Part shown: positions 1 through 13,788 of the stretch, one piece after another
Layout: each line of letters opens with the position of its first letter
Position numbering within the stretch: position 1 is the first letter of the stretch
Assembly: GCF_023055435.1 (NCBI RefSeq)
Contig: NW_025964001.1
Span: 39,060,001-39,124,000 of the forward strand
DNA: 64,000 nucleotides
Direction of reading: 5' to 3'
DNA from: Haliotis rufescens
Taxonomy: Eukaryota
Made by a program: the position numbers and the translations under genes
The notes under the pieces: generated by a model
Seen by the model: only the letters and a program-made list of their open reading frames with translations
What the model was told of the DNA's origin: nothing
Databases searched by the model: none

Positions 1-480
1 TGGAGTGTTTCCAAACAAATCAAAAAGGAGAACTATAGTCAACAGAGCAGCAGAACAGCAATGGGTTCACAATGTTTCAGTTAATTCAGGCTTATCGCGC
101 AACAAAAATATCCATTCAAGATTAACCGTACATGCGTACTGGTTTCGGTTTTTTTAGTATTCCAAACAACGATAAACTGTGTGTAAAAAGTCTCCTCACA
201 ACCCGAACAGTCTGTACAGTGTAGGTTGTGTCACGCCACGGACTATGACAAACATGTCATATTACATTATGAATCTCTCTTGTGTTAAAGAAACTATTTC
301 TTTTCAAAACGTATTGATGCTTATGATGTGAGTACAACGGTAAACTTTGAAATGCAAGATGAAGATGACATGTTGTCATTCTTGCTCGGCGCTATTCCCA
401 CATTAAGCCAAACAATTGATGGGCAAACCAAAACTCATGCGTTGATATTTTAATACCGCTCGATATAGTATGTTATTATG
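1..480 (+). mobile_element. Decayed 3' end of a non-LTR retrotransposon ORF2 (C-terminal zinc-knuckle region)
   Basis: DYDKHVILHYE...RNYFFSKRIDAYDVSTTVNFEMQDEDDMLSFLLGA matches the copy at 48303-48693. Confidence 0.55.
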
Positions 481-651
481 TTCACAAGTATCCTGTAGAC
501 ATATGATATTCAAAATCATATCTGAAATTAACACTGGTGTGTGTTTGAAAATACGTTTGGGGCCTGTATTGACAACGTCCTAACTGTTCGGTTTTTGTAT
601 TTTTAGTTTACAAATCGGAATTATTGTATTTGTGCTATGTGGGTCAATCCC

Positions 652-853
652 TGAGAGATACATTACCGCAGTTTAACATGGATACCCCACTCAGACACAG
701 TATAACGACTCCGAGCCAACCAGTCCTTTTTTAGCCCCTTTATGCCGAGCGCCAGTCAGGATAACAACAAGTACCCTCTTTAACGTCTTTTGGTATGACG
801 GGGCCGGGGATCGAACCCAGGACCTTCCGCTCTCTGGGTGGACGCTCTACCAC
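652..853 (-). mobile_element. tRNA-derived SINE family D (Meta-SINE-like body)
   Basis: Minus strand has A box GTGGTAGAGC and B box GGTTCGATCCC; body shared with 10210, 26154, 45342 and 52227. Confidence 0.7.
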
Positions 854-914
854 TGATTAAAACGATCAGTATATAGAAAGCTATTTCATAAATTCACATT
901 TGTATTGTTATTTG

Positions 915-1380
915 TCTGCACTGACTGTCAGCTCTGTACCCTCTATCTCTTGCAGATTACAAACAAAGGTTTATGTACACTTCATTGCATGTCTGTTCTA
1001 TGGAATAGAGTGTATGTTTTCTGGCTGTCATCCAATCAGTTAAAATGTTAATTTAGCCATGAGCCATTATGGCAAAAATTGAATGTCATCTGGATTGGTT
1101 TACCGTGTAATGGTGTGTTTGCATTGTCATGTTTTGAAAGGCAAATAGGGTTGTGAGGCCTACAGGAAAACATTCACAGTTGTTTGACAGCTTTACATAA
1201 CTTGTCACGTGGTTGATTATGAGACACAGGCACCCAAATACGTTGATTAAAAGAATGAGTTCTACACTGCATCACCACACGGACGGGTAAAGGCTGTTCG
1301 TCTGAATTACAGGCACACATTTTAACAATCAGTTGGACGTTCTGTCAAGTGAAACTACAGATTACATACCAGCATCAATC
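915..1380 (+). promoter_or_regulatory. Conserved non-coding region upstream of gene 1, homologous to ~16055-16530 and ~28110-28569
   Basis: Shared blocks CACTGACTGTC..CTCTGTA, TCAGTTAAAAT, GGTTGAT...GATTAAAAG, TCTGAA(T/C)TA and AGCATCAATCATG in genes 1-3. Function not demonstrated. Confidence 0.45.
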
Positions 1381-4300
1381 ATGAAAATAGAAAGTATTGC
1401 CACTTCGGAAGAAACGAACATTGCAAGCAATTGCAAGTTTATAACAATTGGGGACAGAATGAAACCTCTTTTGATGTCCATGAAAATATTTGGATTCTAC
1501 TTTGATCCACAGCAGGATAGCAATACATTGGAACAGTCTCAGCATGGACGTAAGAGAATATCTACATGGCTACTGGCATTCTTCAGCCACCGAGTGTATT
1601 GTTACATGGTTCTTCTTTTGCTGTGGTCCAACTTTGTCCGATGTGTTGTTGGCATATTCCCTCTTAATGAAAGCTTACCTTTGATGTTAATCTTCACATC
1701 CTGGTACCTTCAGTGCTCACTGAATGCAACTATTATGATTGTTTCATGTCAAAGACTGAGTCATTTGCGATCCTTCTTCCAACACTGGGATTCGCTTTTC
1801 GACAACAATGTGACAAAAGAAATCGGATGTGGATTCATATGCCCAATTAAGTATTTGAAGGTTGCGACATCATGTGGATGGGCTTTGTTCTTCATCAACA
1901 TTGCTTCAGTTTTTACAATCACTCTTGGCAATTTGTCGACATCGAAGCCTTTCCTTGGTGCCATTGTTCGGCCGTTTCCAGAGGAACAATGGGCAGTCGC
2001 ACTCAGTCTTATCTTGCATTCTTTAAACGCTGGTGCATGGGTATTTCCTGTCATCTTCGTGGTCGTAGTGTCCAGGGTCATCCAGGGTCAGTTCCTCAGA
2101 TTTGGGCAGGTCCTTTCCAAGCAGATCAAGGAAGCAGATGACAACATCCCTGAACGTCTGCCAGAACTGAGATCTCGCTACACACAGCTTTGTCAGGCTG
2201 TGGATATCATCAACAGAACCTTCAAATGGATCCTCGGACTATCGTTGTTCCTTCAGGTTCTCCTGGCCTGTTTTATTACGTATCAGATGATAAATGACCC
2301 TCAGGAGACGTTTACAACTTCTACCCATTTATTTTGGCTTGGAAGTTGTTTTGTGATCATAATATTGCTGACAAGGTGCAGTTCAGATGTACATGACTCG
2401 GTAAGTACACACTTTAATGTAGCTTGTTACTGAATAAACAGGTCGCCTTGGGGTGTGCCAAAAAGTGCCATAATTCAATGTGCGTGATTACGCACAAGAA
2501 TACAGTAGTCTCTGATTATGTTTTTAGGTTTTCCCTCATTTGTTCAACTATGCTATATGCTAGTATGGGTGTGTTTTTCCAAACACCTCTTCCGTCTACT
2601 GTTCATGTTTGAGATATTTGCCCACACACAGACGACTATTTACAAAATCTGTGCATAAATTTGCTGTTTAGATATTTAGCTGCAAAATCTCCTGGGTACT
2701 ACTGTTTCAGGCCCATTCTTTACTGGATGATATTTTCAACATTGGGACAAAAAACGCCACTTCAGAACTTCTAGGTCAGGTGGGTATATATTTCTTGTCA
2801 TATAATACTGGTTCCCAAAGAGAATGTTAATTATTTTTGTTGTGCCCAGAAGCAATGTGAAACCCTGAGGCTGTATTCCCGTAGTTTTGTGAAATTATAA
2901 ACATTATCTTTACTTCATATTATATTGTGTGGATGGATCTTAACCGGCATAGATCACAAAGTACATTTCGATATACACACCTTGAACAAATATAATTTTG
3001 GCTAATGCTTTAGCAGACTGTTTGCCTGAAATCCACTTTTCGTAAGATACGTCAACATTTAGACAAACTGTTTTAACTCCGCAACAAAGTTTGTTAATTA
3101 AATTTGTTATTCTGAACAACACCACTAGGAATGGTACAGTCGAATTGATAGGGATTGCATTAAAAAGTATCACATCTACAATGAATCTGATTGTATTCAT
3201 TTATGATTGAGCCATTTTCATCAATTCTTGCTTACTGTTTTTCAGCTGAACCTCTTTGTCGCCAAGTTGACAGGAACATCCACCGGATTCACGGCCATCA
3301 ACTTCTTTGTCATCACAAACGAGTTCCTGTTGACTGTAAGTTGCAGAGTCAACAACCCATGCCTCTAAATCAAACATTTATCTCGACAATTGAAATCAAT
3401 ATACCACTATGCACAGTGACATGACTAACATGAAATATTGCATGACTTTGTGATATTTTGGAATTGACAAGTATGTTCAACTAACATAAAATATTGCATT
3501 ACTTTGTGATATTTTGGAATTGACAAGTATGTTCGACTGATAAACAAGAAAATTTGGCTTTTCTGTCCTTCACGAGATCATTCCGTCTGAGTCGGTGAGA
3601 GAGTTTAAGTTTTACGTCGCATTGGCATTATATCAGCCATCAAGCGACAAGAAAAAGTTGATATATATATACACAAGTGAGTGATCAATACAAAGTTTTA
3701 TTTAAAAACAAATTTCTCAAACATATGTGGGCATAGCAGCATTATTTATACAGTTTAAAACACGGGCTAAAGGCCACCAGTAACCAAAGCTAGCCCCCCT
3801 CGCTGGGGATCACAGGGAATTACAGTGATCATTATATAGTTCCAAAATGTTTAGGATTATAGGATGATTTGAGGAGCCTGAAGGAAAGACAATGAATCGG
3901 AGTCGATGATGTATTTGTTAGATTTGTTTTGTTTTGTTCGATAGAGGTCAAAGCTGTACAAAAACAGAGAAGAGTGAACTATTATCTTGGGTTCTTGAGG
4001 AGACAGTTTTGGATCAAATGGTTGTGGCACTTTCACTTTTGCAGCCATCCTTGGACCCGTCTGTAAAAATAGATCTATGAGGATTACACTTTGTTCGTAG
4101 CTGGTTGCATTCCTATTAATATTATATAATACCTTTCGGACTTTGTTAACCTGGTTAGAATGGGTCTACTCCTGGCTTAACCATCTGCCAAGGAGGAGAA
4201 GACTGAAGTCGATAAGGTGATATGATATGTTGCTGCTGTGATGTGTGGTTGAATTCTGATTTGAAGTGGTGAAACCAGGTTTGACAAATTTCGAAACGGC

Positions 4301-5752
4301 TTTTCATACAGAGGGTTTGTATGCTGGGATTGACTGATATGGATGTTATTTAGTTATGTATTGCAGTGATATTTTAATGCAGCGTTGTTCGAGAGAAGGT
4401 TCATTAGCTTCCACAAACTGTCCACAGTTTGTTTGTTTCTTGTTTAATGCCGCACTCAGGAATATTCCTGCTACATTGTCTATGACGGCGGACTGTAACT
4501 AATCAACCCGTGAAGATCCGGGTAGAATAGGTCTTCAGCAACCCATGCTTGCCGTAATAGGCGACTGTGCTTGTCGTAAGAGGCGACTAACGGGATCAGG
4601 TGGTCAGGCTCGCTGACTTGGTTGATGCATGTCATTGATCCCGATTGCGTGGAGGAGGCACGGGTGGCGCAGTCGTCTAAGGCGCAGCGATTCGCTGTGC
4701 AGATTTGCGCCCCTTGGACACACCAGAAACCTATGATTGTTGGTTCGAATCCCGGTTCACCCGATTATGTTTCTAGGTTTGTCAGCACCATACCCATGCT
4801 CGTGGGTTTCACCCAAGTGGTAAACGTCTGAGACCTGCATCATTTCGGGCTTTTCTCCCACATTAAGCTGACACGCTGTGATATCACTGGAATACTGTTA
4901 AAAGTGGTGTTAAACCCAACTCGCTCACTCACTCACTCAAAAGTGAATAGTGTTTGTGATTAAGAAAATTTAAAGCCGTTTTCGCCCACCCATATTTTAA
5001 TTTGGTTCAGACAGTTGTAGCTGTCTTCCAATCGTATTCATATATTCTTACTACAGGAAATGTTCAAATCGTCCACAAAAAGTGAACCATCAACACGGTT
5101 GTTCAAAACTTCAGTGAAACTATACTGATGCTAAATCGTGTGACAAATAGGATGCTGCTTGAGGGACGCCCTGATCTTGATGAAATGAGATGAAATTGTT
5201 ATTTAAAAATTGAGATATGAACTGAGGTAATCTGCCCCTCAATCCAAATTCATGCAAATATTTTAAAGTACCATGTTTCCACGTTGTATCATATCATATA
5301 ATGTTGTTTGGTGGCAATGTAATGTTTAATTAAGGATTCTAAACGCTCCAAATCGTCAATGGTACTTCTTGTTTTTTTCGGAAACCACACTGGATGTCAC
5401 TCAGGAGGTTATTGGTCTCCAACCACCAGGCTAATTGAATGTTATCAATACACAATTCCATTTAGAAAGTGGTCAAATGTAACAAACGTTATATTTAGGA
5501 AAACATATTCTCGTGAAAGTACAGATTCAAGTACTTTTTTGGGTGAGTCCCATTCAGGATTTGAACCCACACTCCCAGAGTGAGGCACCTAATCGCCAGT
5601 ACTCAAAGTCAGCGATCTGACCCATTCCATGTACAGGACACCCTTATTATTGCTAACTATCGTTGACTGCCATGTAACTCAACATTCATTCATTTCAGTT
5701 GTGTGGACTGTTCATCACCTACTTCTTCCTCCTGCTGCAGTTCAAGATATAG
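1381..5752 (+). CDS. Gustatory receptor-like (GRL, 7TM ion channel) gene 1; exons 1381-2400, 2711-2779, 3246-3335, 5699-5752; 410 aa
   Basis: Hydrophobic multi-TM exon 1 (MKIESIAT...SSDVHDS|gtaagt). Exon 2 ttcag|AHSLLDDIFNIGTKNATSELLGQ|gtgggt; exon 3 ttcag|LNLFVAKLTGTSTGFTAINFFVITNEFLLT|gtaagt; exon 4 ttcag|LCGLFITYFFLLLQFKI*. The TYhhhhhQF motif and three C-terminal phase-0 introns are hallmarks of the Gr/GRL family. Confidence 0.9.
4425..4652. mobile_element. SINE-like family A, rearranged copy (3' part on -, 5' part on +)
   Basis: 4425-4504 is the reverse complement of the family tail; 4506-4652 starts ACCCGTGAAGATCCGGGTAGAATAGG. Confidence 0.7.
4654..4938 (+). mobile_element. tRNA-derived SINE family C
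   Basis: GGAGGCACGGGTGGCGCAGTCGTCTAAGGCG...GGTTCGAATCCC...GTTAAACCCAAC(TCAC)n; same family as 32077-32362. Confidence 0.8.
5530..5630 (-). mobile_element. Degenerate tRNA-derived SINE head
   Basis: Minus-strand B box GGTTCAAATCC, but no intact cloverleaf. Confidence 0.4.
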
Positions 5753-7959
5753 GCTGACACCGGGTGGCCGCATTTGATCAGATCCGTGTATACTGGATAA
5801 CAGTTTCACAAATGGGTCAAACAGCTGACACATTGAGACACAGTAACGGCAATTGCAGATGTGTAAATAAGGTTGCTATGATCATTGATAACGACCGGAG
5901 CTATGAAGGGCCATGTAAAAACCTTTGAAATAAAAATTGACATCAGTTCCCAATCTTTGGCAGTGTAGTTTTTATTGATACCTGCATTTAGCGAAAAAAG
6001 AAACTGAAAAACGGCCAGGGCCCTCCAATACCCCTTTACAAGCTATCGCAGTTCGAAACACCATTCATTTTGTTTTTATACTCTGTGCTCTCTTTACGTT
6101 CCTCCATATTCATCTGTCAGGAAACTTATCTCAGTCCAAGACGACCTCTGTGGAAGTGACCACTTAATATATAGCAGATCAATTTGTTATTATTCCCAAA
6201 TCATCGCGCGGAATCCATTACGGTTTCGGTGTTAGACTTACGAATTTGATGTTACGCATCCGCGGCAATCACGACAAAATATGAAACATAGGAGTGAAGA
6301 CTGCTACCCAGGTGCTAACAGGTGACGACAAATAGTAAATTATGTTGTTTCTTTTGAATTTGGATCTATTTCGGTATTTTCTTTAACTTTGGCATATTTT
6401 GCCTCGCTGTGTAACAGGCGCTACGTGCTCCCGGTTTCAGAAATGACCTATGAAATTGCAAGTATTTTGATTATTTTTTGTAATCTGCACTATTTTACGA
6501 TTGAATGTTTTACCCAGAATGTATGCCAGTTCAGATTTTGTGTATCATCCAATATTGTCATTATTCGCCGTGTTTGTTGATTTTGTTCAACTAAACAAAT
6601 CGCGAGTTAGGCCACGCATAAACATGTCACAACGCTCATCAACAGCATGTGAATGCTCGAAAGTTTATCACACGAAAACATTTGAACACTCGACAAAAAT
6701 GTGATATTTTTTACAAAGATTTATACATCCGTGAGAATCAATATAGGTATTTAAAAAGTATTGTAATAGTATTACAAGATCATGACGCATATGGAGTTGT
6801 TTGTTTACCGCCGTTGCCATGATCGTACAACTGATAAACAACTGAAAGTTTTGATATTTTGCAAGCAGAGCATTTATGCATTTCACACATAACTTAAATA
6901 CTACGCAAAGCCTAAAGATAAACAGTTATTGCGAGTTTCATTTGGGGGTGTCCTTCGACTATGCGCCTGTTGAATGGGTTCGACAGTAGCCTTGAATGCA
7001 TTAAATTTTATAATATACTTCACTGTGAAAGACTTGGTTGTCAAAAGTTGAGAAAAGTGATATTTTCATTGCAGTGAAGATAACACCTGATACTTCACTG
7101 CTGTGAACATAACACTTGTTGCTTCCCTGCTATGAACATAGCACCATGACGGAACTATTGTCATACAAGAGTTACCTGCCCTCAAATTGTCTCCCTTTAT
7201 CGTGTCTGGCCCATACACAAACTGTTGAGTACCTTTTACGTTAATTCCACATTGATAAGACAAACTAATGACCGATGGGCATTAAGTTAATATCGCTTCA
7301 TGGCGTTTATTATTCTCTTGAAAGTGTTTCGTTATTTACTGTAAATAACTCACTTAACTTGTCAATCGAAACTGTTCGTTTCGCAAAGCTCCATTTTTGT
7401 TACTTGACCAGCGTGTATTCTTTCGCTGCAAACAGCGGTTTCGAAGTTCTCAAGAATATCTTTTGTTAAATTTTAATTTTGTATATAATCATATGTATTT
7501 GAATGATACAAATATTTTCGTGGCCCTACATATGTTTGGATACTTTTGTTTATATTTTTTTAAGATTTTGCAAACATGAAACTACTTATAGGTCGCCAAT
7601 AGAAGGGGAGGTGAAACGTCCCTCTGTGAAAGGGTGGGAGAACTTACGTTTCAAGGTTTTACATTTGTAATGAAAGAATTTAATTTTCGCTAGACAACTA
7701 CACAAAGAGTATATAATAAACAGGATATTCCATGTGTTGACACATGACATATCCTCTATATATTCATAAAATATAACAAAAGGAGCCAAGAAACTTTCTA
7801 CATTTTCAGACACTGCTGTAATATAGACTTCAGTCTTGCAAAGTATTATAGACTTGCTATACTGAAGATATTTGTTTCAGGGTCTGTATGACAGACAAAT
7901 TAAAACAGTTAAGAGTTATTTTATAATACTGTATAATGGTATATGATTGCCATCATGTG

Positions 7960-8540
7960 TACATCTAGGTTTGTGGAAGGTCTGTAAGTTTTCTGTGCAA
8001 GCTTTGTTAACAGTGGGTGCATCTGAAACTTCTGCGATGTGTTTGCAGGTTCCACGTTGACATCCACAGTGCGAGTTTCTTCTATTTCGCGGACACCTTT
8101 AGGATGAAAATTTGTTTTATGGATATATATCAAATCACTCAATAAGAATACCATCCACACTTTATGCACATTTCATAGAAAGTGGTCACTTAACATCACA
8201 TGTATTTCCATATTAATTATGAAAGTGAAGCAAATATTTGTGCATTTTATGTCGTTTATTTGGGACGAACATTCTGTAGTAACATCAATAATGAAATGAC
8301 TGTTTAAAAATATTTGATACATGGTTTCTTTAAGTGGAAGAAAAACATTTTGTGCACTTGACAAACCATAGCTGCTTTGACAATGCCAGTGAAGTACAGA
8401 GAATACTGCGATATGTGAATGCTGCAGGCATCTATGATTTTTCGCTTGGAGAAAAACCTCAACTTCCCTTTCTCCCATGCTATTGGGTCCCACGTGCACA
8501 TCTTGCCATCAGCTGCACGGTGGTTCAGATATACTTCTGT
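7960..8540 (-). pseudogene. Decayed SWIM zinc-finger coding remnant, probably DNA-transposon associated
   Basis: Minus-strand frames give YFTGIVKAAM and SHCGCQRGTCKHIA...KACTENLQTFHKPR (CxC...CxH followed by CT..LQ.FH.P). Confidence 0.45.
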
Positions 8541-9444
8541 GTGTCCTTGAGATATTGAGGTGCGGTGAAATTGGGTTTAACGTCGCGTCCATGATTATCG
8601 CACTTATATAGCGACGTGCATGTACGTGTGTGTGTGTGGCTGCTTGTGCCATATGCCTCTAATCTGAAACAACAACAAATGGCTTATTATTGATCATATC
8701 CCAAGTATAAAAGTAAATATTCTCTCATGATTAGTAGTATTAATTAGTATTTATTATCATTTATTATTAGTATTTATTATTTTTATTGAATTCAAGAGAA
8801 AAAAAACTAACCTAACAACAAGAAGACTGGTCCCATTAACATGGCTACTCATTACTCAACATGGATGGGAATAGATCGTTACAATGGTAAAACTATCACT
8901 TTATAGACTAATAGTATGACTATATTATCGAGGTATCGGAAAATCTCGTAATCCACACACCCTGAACCGTTTACTTCTGCAATTCTAAGCACGATATTTC
9001 ATCGCTTGATCGAATACAGGACTCGTTGTTGTAGGGCCATATCACGGCTACTCGTAAGTCCACATGTTTACTTTTTTTATTGAATATTTGTTTTTAGTTG
9101 GAATAACGCCTACCTCCATTCAATTGATTAGAAAAGAACCTATTTGTTTGGACGAGGTCCCTTTACCCAACCTTGGTCGTATGCACACTGATTATGCTTA
9201 TTCCAATACAGGAAGTGATGTAAGGCGTATATTCCACACGTGTCATGCCACAAAATTGCCCTACCGCGATAATACAGAGCTGCCCGCCCCGGAGTCGCTA
9301 ATGACAGGTACTTTGTTTGCCGAATTCGGGCAAGAAAATTAGCATCTATTAATCCCAATTGATGTGTCATAAGAGTTTAACCAGAAACAATGACATATTT
9401 AATAGGGTAGTAAGCGTGTGCCATCATGGTCCATTATAAGTCAA

Positions 9445-10962
9445 CTCTTTCAACACCGTAGGCCGATAGACCGGCCAAGCCGTTATCACGTCAAAATATT
9501 ATATAATTTTATGAACTTACCTGTCATATCATTCGTTTATTAAATCTATCACATTTCACAATGTCTGAAATACATATTCCATCTCAATTTGTCATTTTTG
9601 ATCGAACAAGAGCACAACAAAGACGTTTCAAGCAAATCTTTCAATAGATTATACAAAGTAAGAAATTACATCAACAAAAATATAACTAAAAGTTGTCAAA
9701 CTTCCAAGTAAGTTATTGTTTACGTCTTTTCGTGCGATCGTGTGTAATGAAAGTCAATTGACATCTCGAATCTCGGCTTTCCTCGCCTCGATTTCTGCCT
9801 CGGACACGATGATAAATGGCAAAATTTATGCATGAAAAATCTTTGTTGCGGCTCATAACATAGCACAATACATCCACGAAATCCCATATTTTTAATATAG
9901 ATCGCGATTTCCTGCTAAAAAAATTCTGACTTACTCGATTTAACAAAAACCTTTCGTCAAAATCTGAAATTCATTATACACGAGCACGGTATCATTGCTG
10001 TAATTTGATTGGCTGCCTTAGTTGACGTGCTCAAATTTGACCTTGAAGTAGATGTCGGCAAGAAATCGTCATTAGAAAACTATTTTTATCCAATAAAGTC
10101 GCGTGTTACAGCAACGAAAAGACACTAGTCGAGGTAAGCATCATGTAGATGAAAATATAAGATGAAATTTCTAATTCTCCAACGGAGGTTTTTCTTCATG
10201 TTACTGAGAGACCGCCTCCGTGGTCTACGTCCGCCCGGAGATGGTACTTGCTGTTACCCTGTCTGGCGCTCGGCATTATGGGGCTTAAACAAGGACTGGT
10301 CGGTTCGGAGTCAGTATACAGTGTGTGAGTTGGGTATTCATGTTAAACTGCGTCATGGTATCTTAGTGTGCTAGCACTATAAATCGGCATTAGTCCGGAC
10401 TAGTACAAGCACACACACACACACACACGTGCATGCACGTTGCTATATAAGTGCAATAATCCTGGACACGACGTTAAACCCATTTCACCTCACCTCGCCT
10501 CATGTTACTGAGCGGAAACTTCCGCTGTTATCGGGAAAATATTTATGACAGATATTATTGATCATTCTTTTTAAAATACATATACAATGAAAATAAAAAA
10601 GAAATAGGTAATTGGATTTTATGAGAGAAAAAATTCCCCAGAAAATGTCTAATTTTCGCTTCCTTGGTCCTTAATCTGGACGTTATAATATGTTAGCTCA
10701 CATTTTTTTTATTTACAACGAAAATAATTAAGTTGTAAATACATTACTGAAATAACGTGATAGAAATATGTATACCATACGTACTTTCATATGTATAAAC
10801 AGTAGGGTTAGACCTTTCAAATGGTGTGTAATATGTAGTAGCAAAGATGTTTTACAAGCAGATATTTTCCTTGATAAATATTGGCTTCATCTATCACACA
10901 GGAGTGTCTGGGAACTGGATGTCACAGCAGTAAAAGCTTCTGGTTGACTGGTGTTGAAAGAG
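9445..10962. mobile_element. Non-autonomous piggyBac-like DNA transposon
   Basis: Terminal inverted repeats CTCTTTCAACACC (9445) and GGTGTTGAAAGAG (to 10962), flanked by TCAA and TTAA. Confidence 0.6.
10210..10499 (+). mobile_element. SINE family D, nested in the piggyBac-like element
   Basis: GACCGCCTCCGTGGTCTA...CTAGCACTATAAATCGG...GACGTTAAACCC...(CACCT)n; target-site duplication (TSD) TCATGTTACTGAG on both sides. Confidence 0.8.
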
Positions 10963-12170
10963 TTAACTACCGCGATAATATAGCGAACCATACATTTTAG
11001 ATTGTAATGGGTCTTTTTACCATTTAAGCTTAATAGCGGAGAATATTGTTTCGTAACGTTTAACATGTGAATATCAACTGAAAAAGGCCGATCAGACCAT
11101 CATCAAAACAACACGATGATTGAACGTTGGGATAGTTACTCACCTGTTTATTAAATCTTCTTTTCTACCCTTTGAAGTTGCCCCTCAATTTTTAACTTCT
11201 CTACTGTCCGTTTGCCGTAACTAGCCATGTTGGGGCAAACAACACTAAGGATGCGTCAGATGTTTAGAGAATTGCAACGGTTTGACAGCTAGCAGATGAC
11301 CTGCACTCGCACAGCTGAAGTAGGAAAGGACCGCTAGAGCTGTCACGCCACCTGTCGTCAAATCGACAGACCCGCCCCATTGGTAATGGATCTCATCAGG
11401 CCCAGTTCTTGTGTCATGGGATTCATCAATACCGTAAGCAAGTTCATCAAAAGATAAGGATTCATTATAATCTTCCGCGTTACGTTCCTTTTATAACCAC
11501 GACAGCTGTCCCCATATTAAGGAGTGTGCAATCAATGAGTTCTAGTGAATAGCAAATATCTGTTTAGTTTTCTATTCTTCTCAGAGAGTAAGCAAACGAG
11601 TTCTTCGTCACTCCATCGCGATTCGTTTCCGGATTTCAAGTTTTCTTCTTGAAATGTACAGTATTTACAGAAACGTCTGGTAGTGCTTTGAGATTTCTAA
11701 TTTCAGATTTCAAAATGTTTGCAATTTCCACGGAAAACATGTTTAAATACTTCATAATTGACTTTACTCATGGCCCAACAATAAAAAAGCTTTCAAGCTA
11801 TTCCCAGGAAAATATATTCAGGTTAAATTTTGTAGTGATACTTTTTGGCATACAAAATGTTTTTCGCTCAGGTCGACCCAGAAATCTGGATCTGTATAAT
11901 TATACTGTTCAGCATGCACAACACGTTAAGATCACGTTGAGAGTACCAGTCCTTATATAATTATTATCTACCGAAACACATCATATTTGGATAAAGGGCA
12001 AAATAGCAGTGAAAAGTATATAAAGGGTAGGCGCGTCCTGTCCAACGCCACTAACAATTTGCATAAAAAGTAAGTCTTTGTTTGTTGCCTGGCGCCGCAC
12101 ACCAGTACTCCTGCCATGCGACGGCAGCCTGAAAACAAACAAGAATATCAAGCGATGGACCAGAAAATCT

Positions 12171-12308
12171 AGTTGGTTGGTTGTTGGTTGGTTTGTTGTT
12201 TAGAGCCGCTCTATTCCAGCTATATGACGGCGGTCTGTAAATAATCAAGTTTGGACCAGACAATCCAGTGATTAATATCATGAGCATCGATCCACTCAAT
12301 TGAGATAG
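12171..12308 (-). mobile_element. SINE-like family A, 3' half
   Basis: Reverse complement of the family A body and tail, ending in (AACC)n. Confidence 0.7.
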
Positions 12309-12987
12309 AAGGGAAAGTTTATTTCACCCTCTTGTCATACAGTCTTGTTGACAGTTATTTGTCACTCTGAATTTGTAATCAAAGATCACAGCACGGACAG
12401 GTTATATAGGTCCGTGATCACAGCAAGCTCACTGTCTTGATGAGTTTCAATGGCGAAATGAATAGCACTTAAAGCAGCCGGATTGTGAACGGAATTTTCG
12501 TTGACAAGACTACTAAGGCGTTGCATTTCTTTTCGAAATTGCATCTTAATGTGGATGATATTTTTACCACAAAAACGACAGAAAGTGCCCAAGCTCAAGT
12601 CTCGAACACGCGATTGGGTCCGGAAAAGGTGTGATTGCCGTGAGCCTGAACAGATTGCCTTCAAATTCTGAATGTACAGAACACCTTTAACATTGATGAG
12701 AAACGATAGTAACTGCCCCCTACTATTCTTAACGATTGTTAAGTTTTTGTCATTTATACAATTAGATTGATGACGTCACGCGAGTGTTGTTGCAGTTGAT
12801 AATGAGCCAGGAATTCACCGCCTCTTCTGGACGTGAACTTCAAACAAGTAAAATTGACTATTAGGACATCATACAAAATTATAAAGAAATTATATATCAA
12901 CCAAAACATGATTGAAGTCGGAGTCATCAATCGATTCTGTTCCGGAAGTAGAATCAAAGAGCCCCAACCGATTCACATTATAACACC

Positions 12988-13177
12988 GGAGGCACGGGTG
13001 GCGAAGTCGTCCAAGACGCCATTTTTCGCTGTGAAGAGTTGCGTACCTTGGACACACCAGAAACCTATGCTCGTGGGATCGAATCCCGGTTCGTGGTAAA
13101 CGTCTCAGATCCGCATCACCATGAACTTTCTTTCCACGTCAAGCTGACACGCCATTAGATAACTGGAATACTGTTCA
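12988..13177 (+). mobile_element. SINE family C, internally deleted
   Basis: GGAGGCACGGGTGGCGAAGTCGTCCAAG...GGATCGAATCCC. Confidence 0.7.
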
Positions 13178-13788
13178 ATTCACTAATTTACACACGTGAT
13201 TTCTCCAAAACATGACGTGTTCTGCGGTTTAAAAATGTGTGTAAGTTGGCAACTTTGTGACCACAGAATATACGCGTATTATTGTGTATTCATATTCTAA
13301 ATGCATGATTATGTGGCATCATGGCAAATATACTCAAGGCTTACTGATAATGTCTGCCGACAACATTCCTTTACTTGATGGTTTCATGAATGCGGTAAAC
13401 GTGTTTAGATCTTATGCTTTAATCAGAATATGGCACATACTCATATTTGTCTTGAATGAAAACTATGCCACAAATATGAAATACATGTACCCTTATACCA
13501 CTGATAGCTTGGTTTGATATGGCTGGATTTGATACATTTCTGTTCATGATTTGATCATAGTAAAAATTTGTATGGGTGACAACTTGTTTATTTACTCTGT
13601 TGAGACGTTTTCCGTTTCGATGTCAACACCTTATATAAATACATGGCTTGCGAACAGATACACGTATTTACCATGGGATTACAGAGCGATTACGTTTACA
13701 CAGCGGGAGAGATGATTGGAAAGAAAGGAGTACACACTGACTGAAAGGGCTATTTAATTTGCCCTTTTAGAATGTGTCTTGAGAGAAA

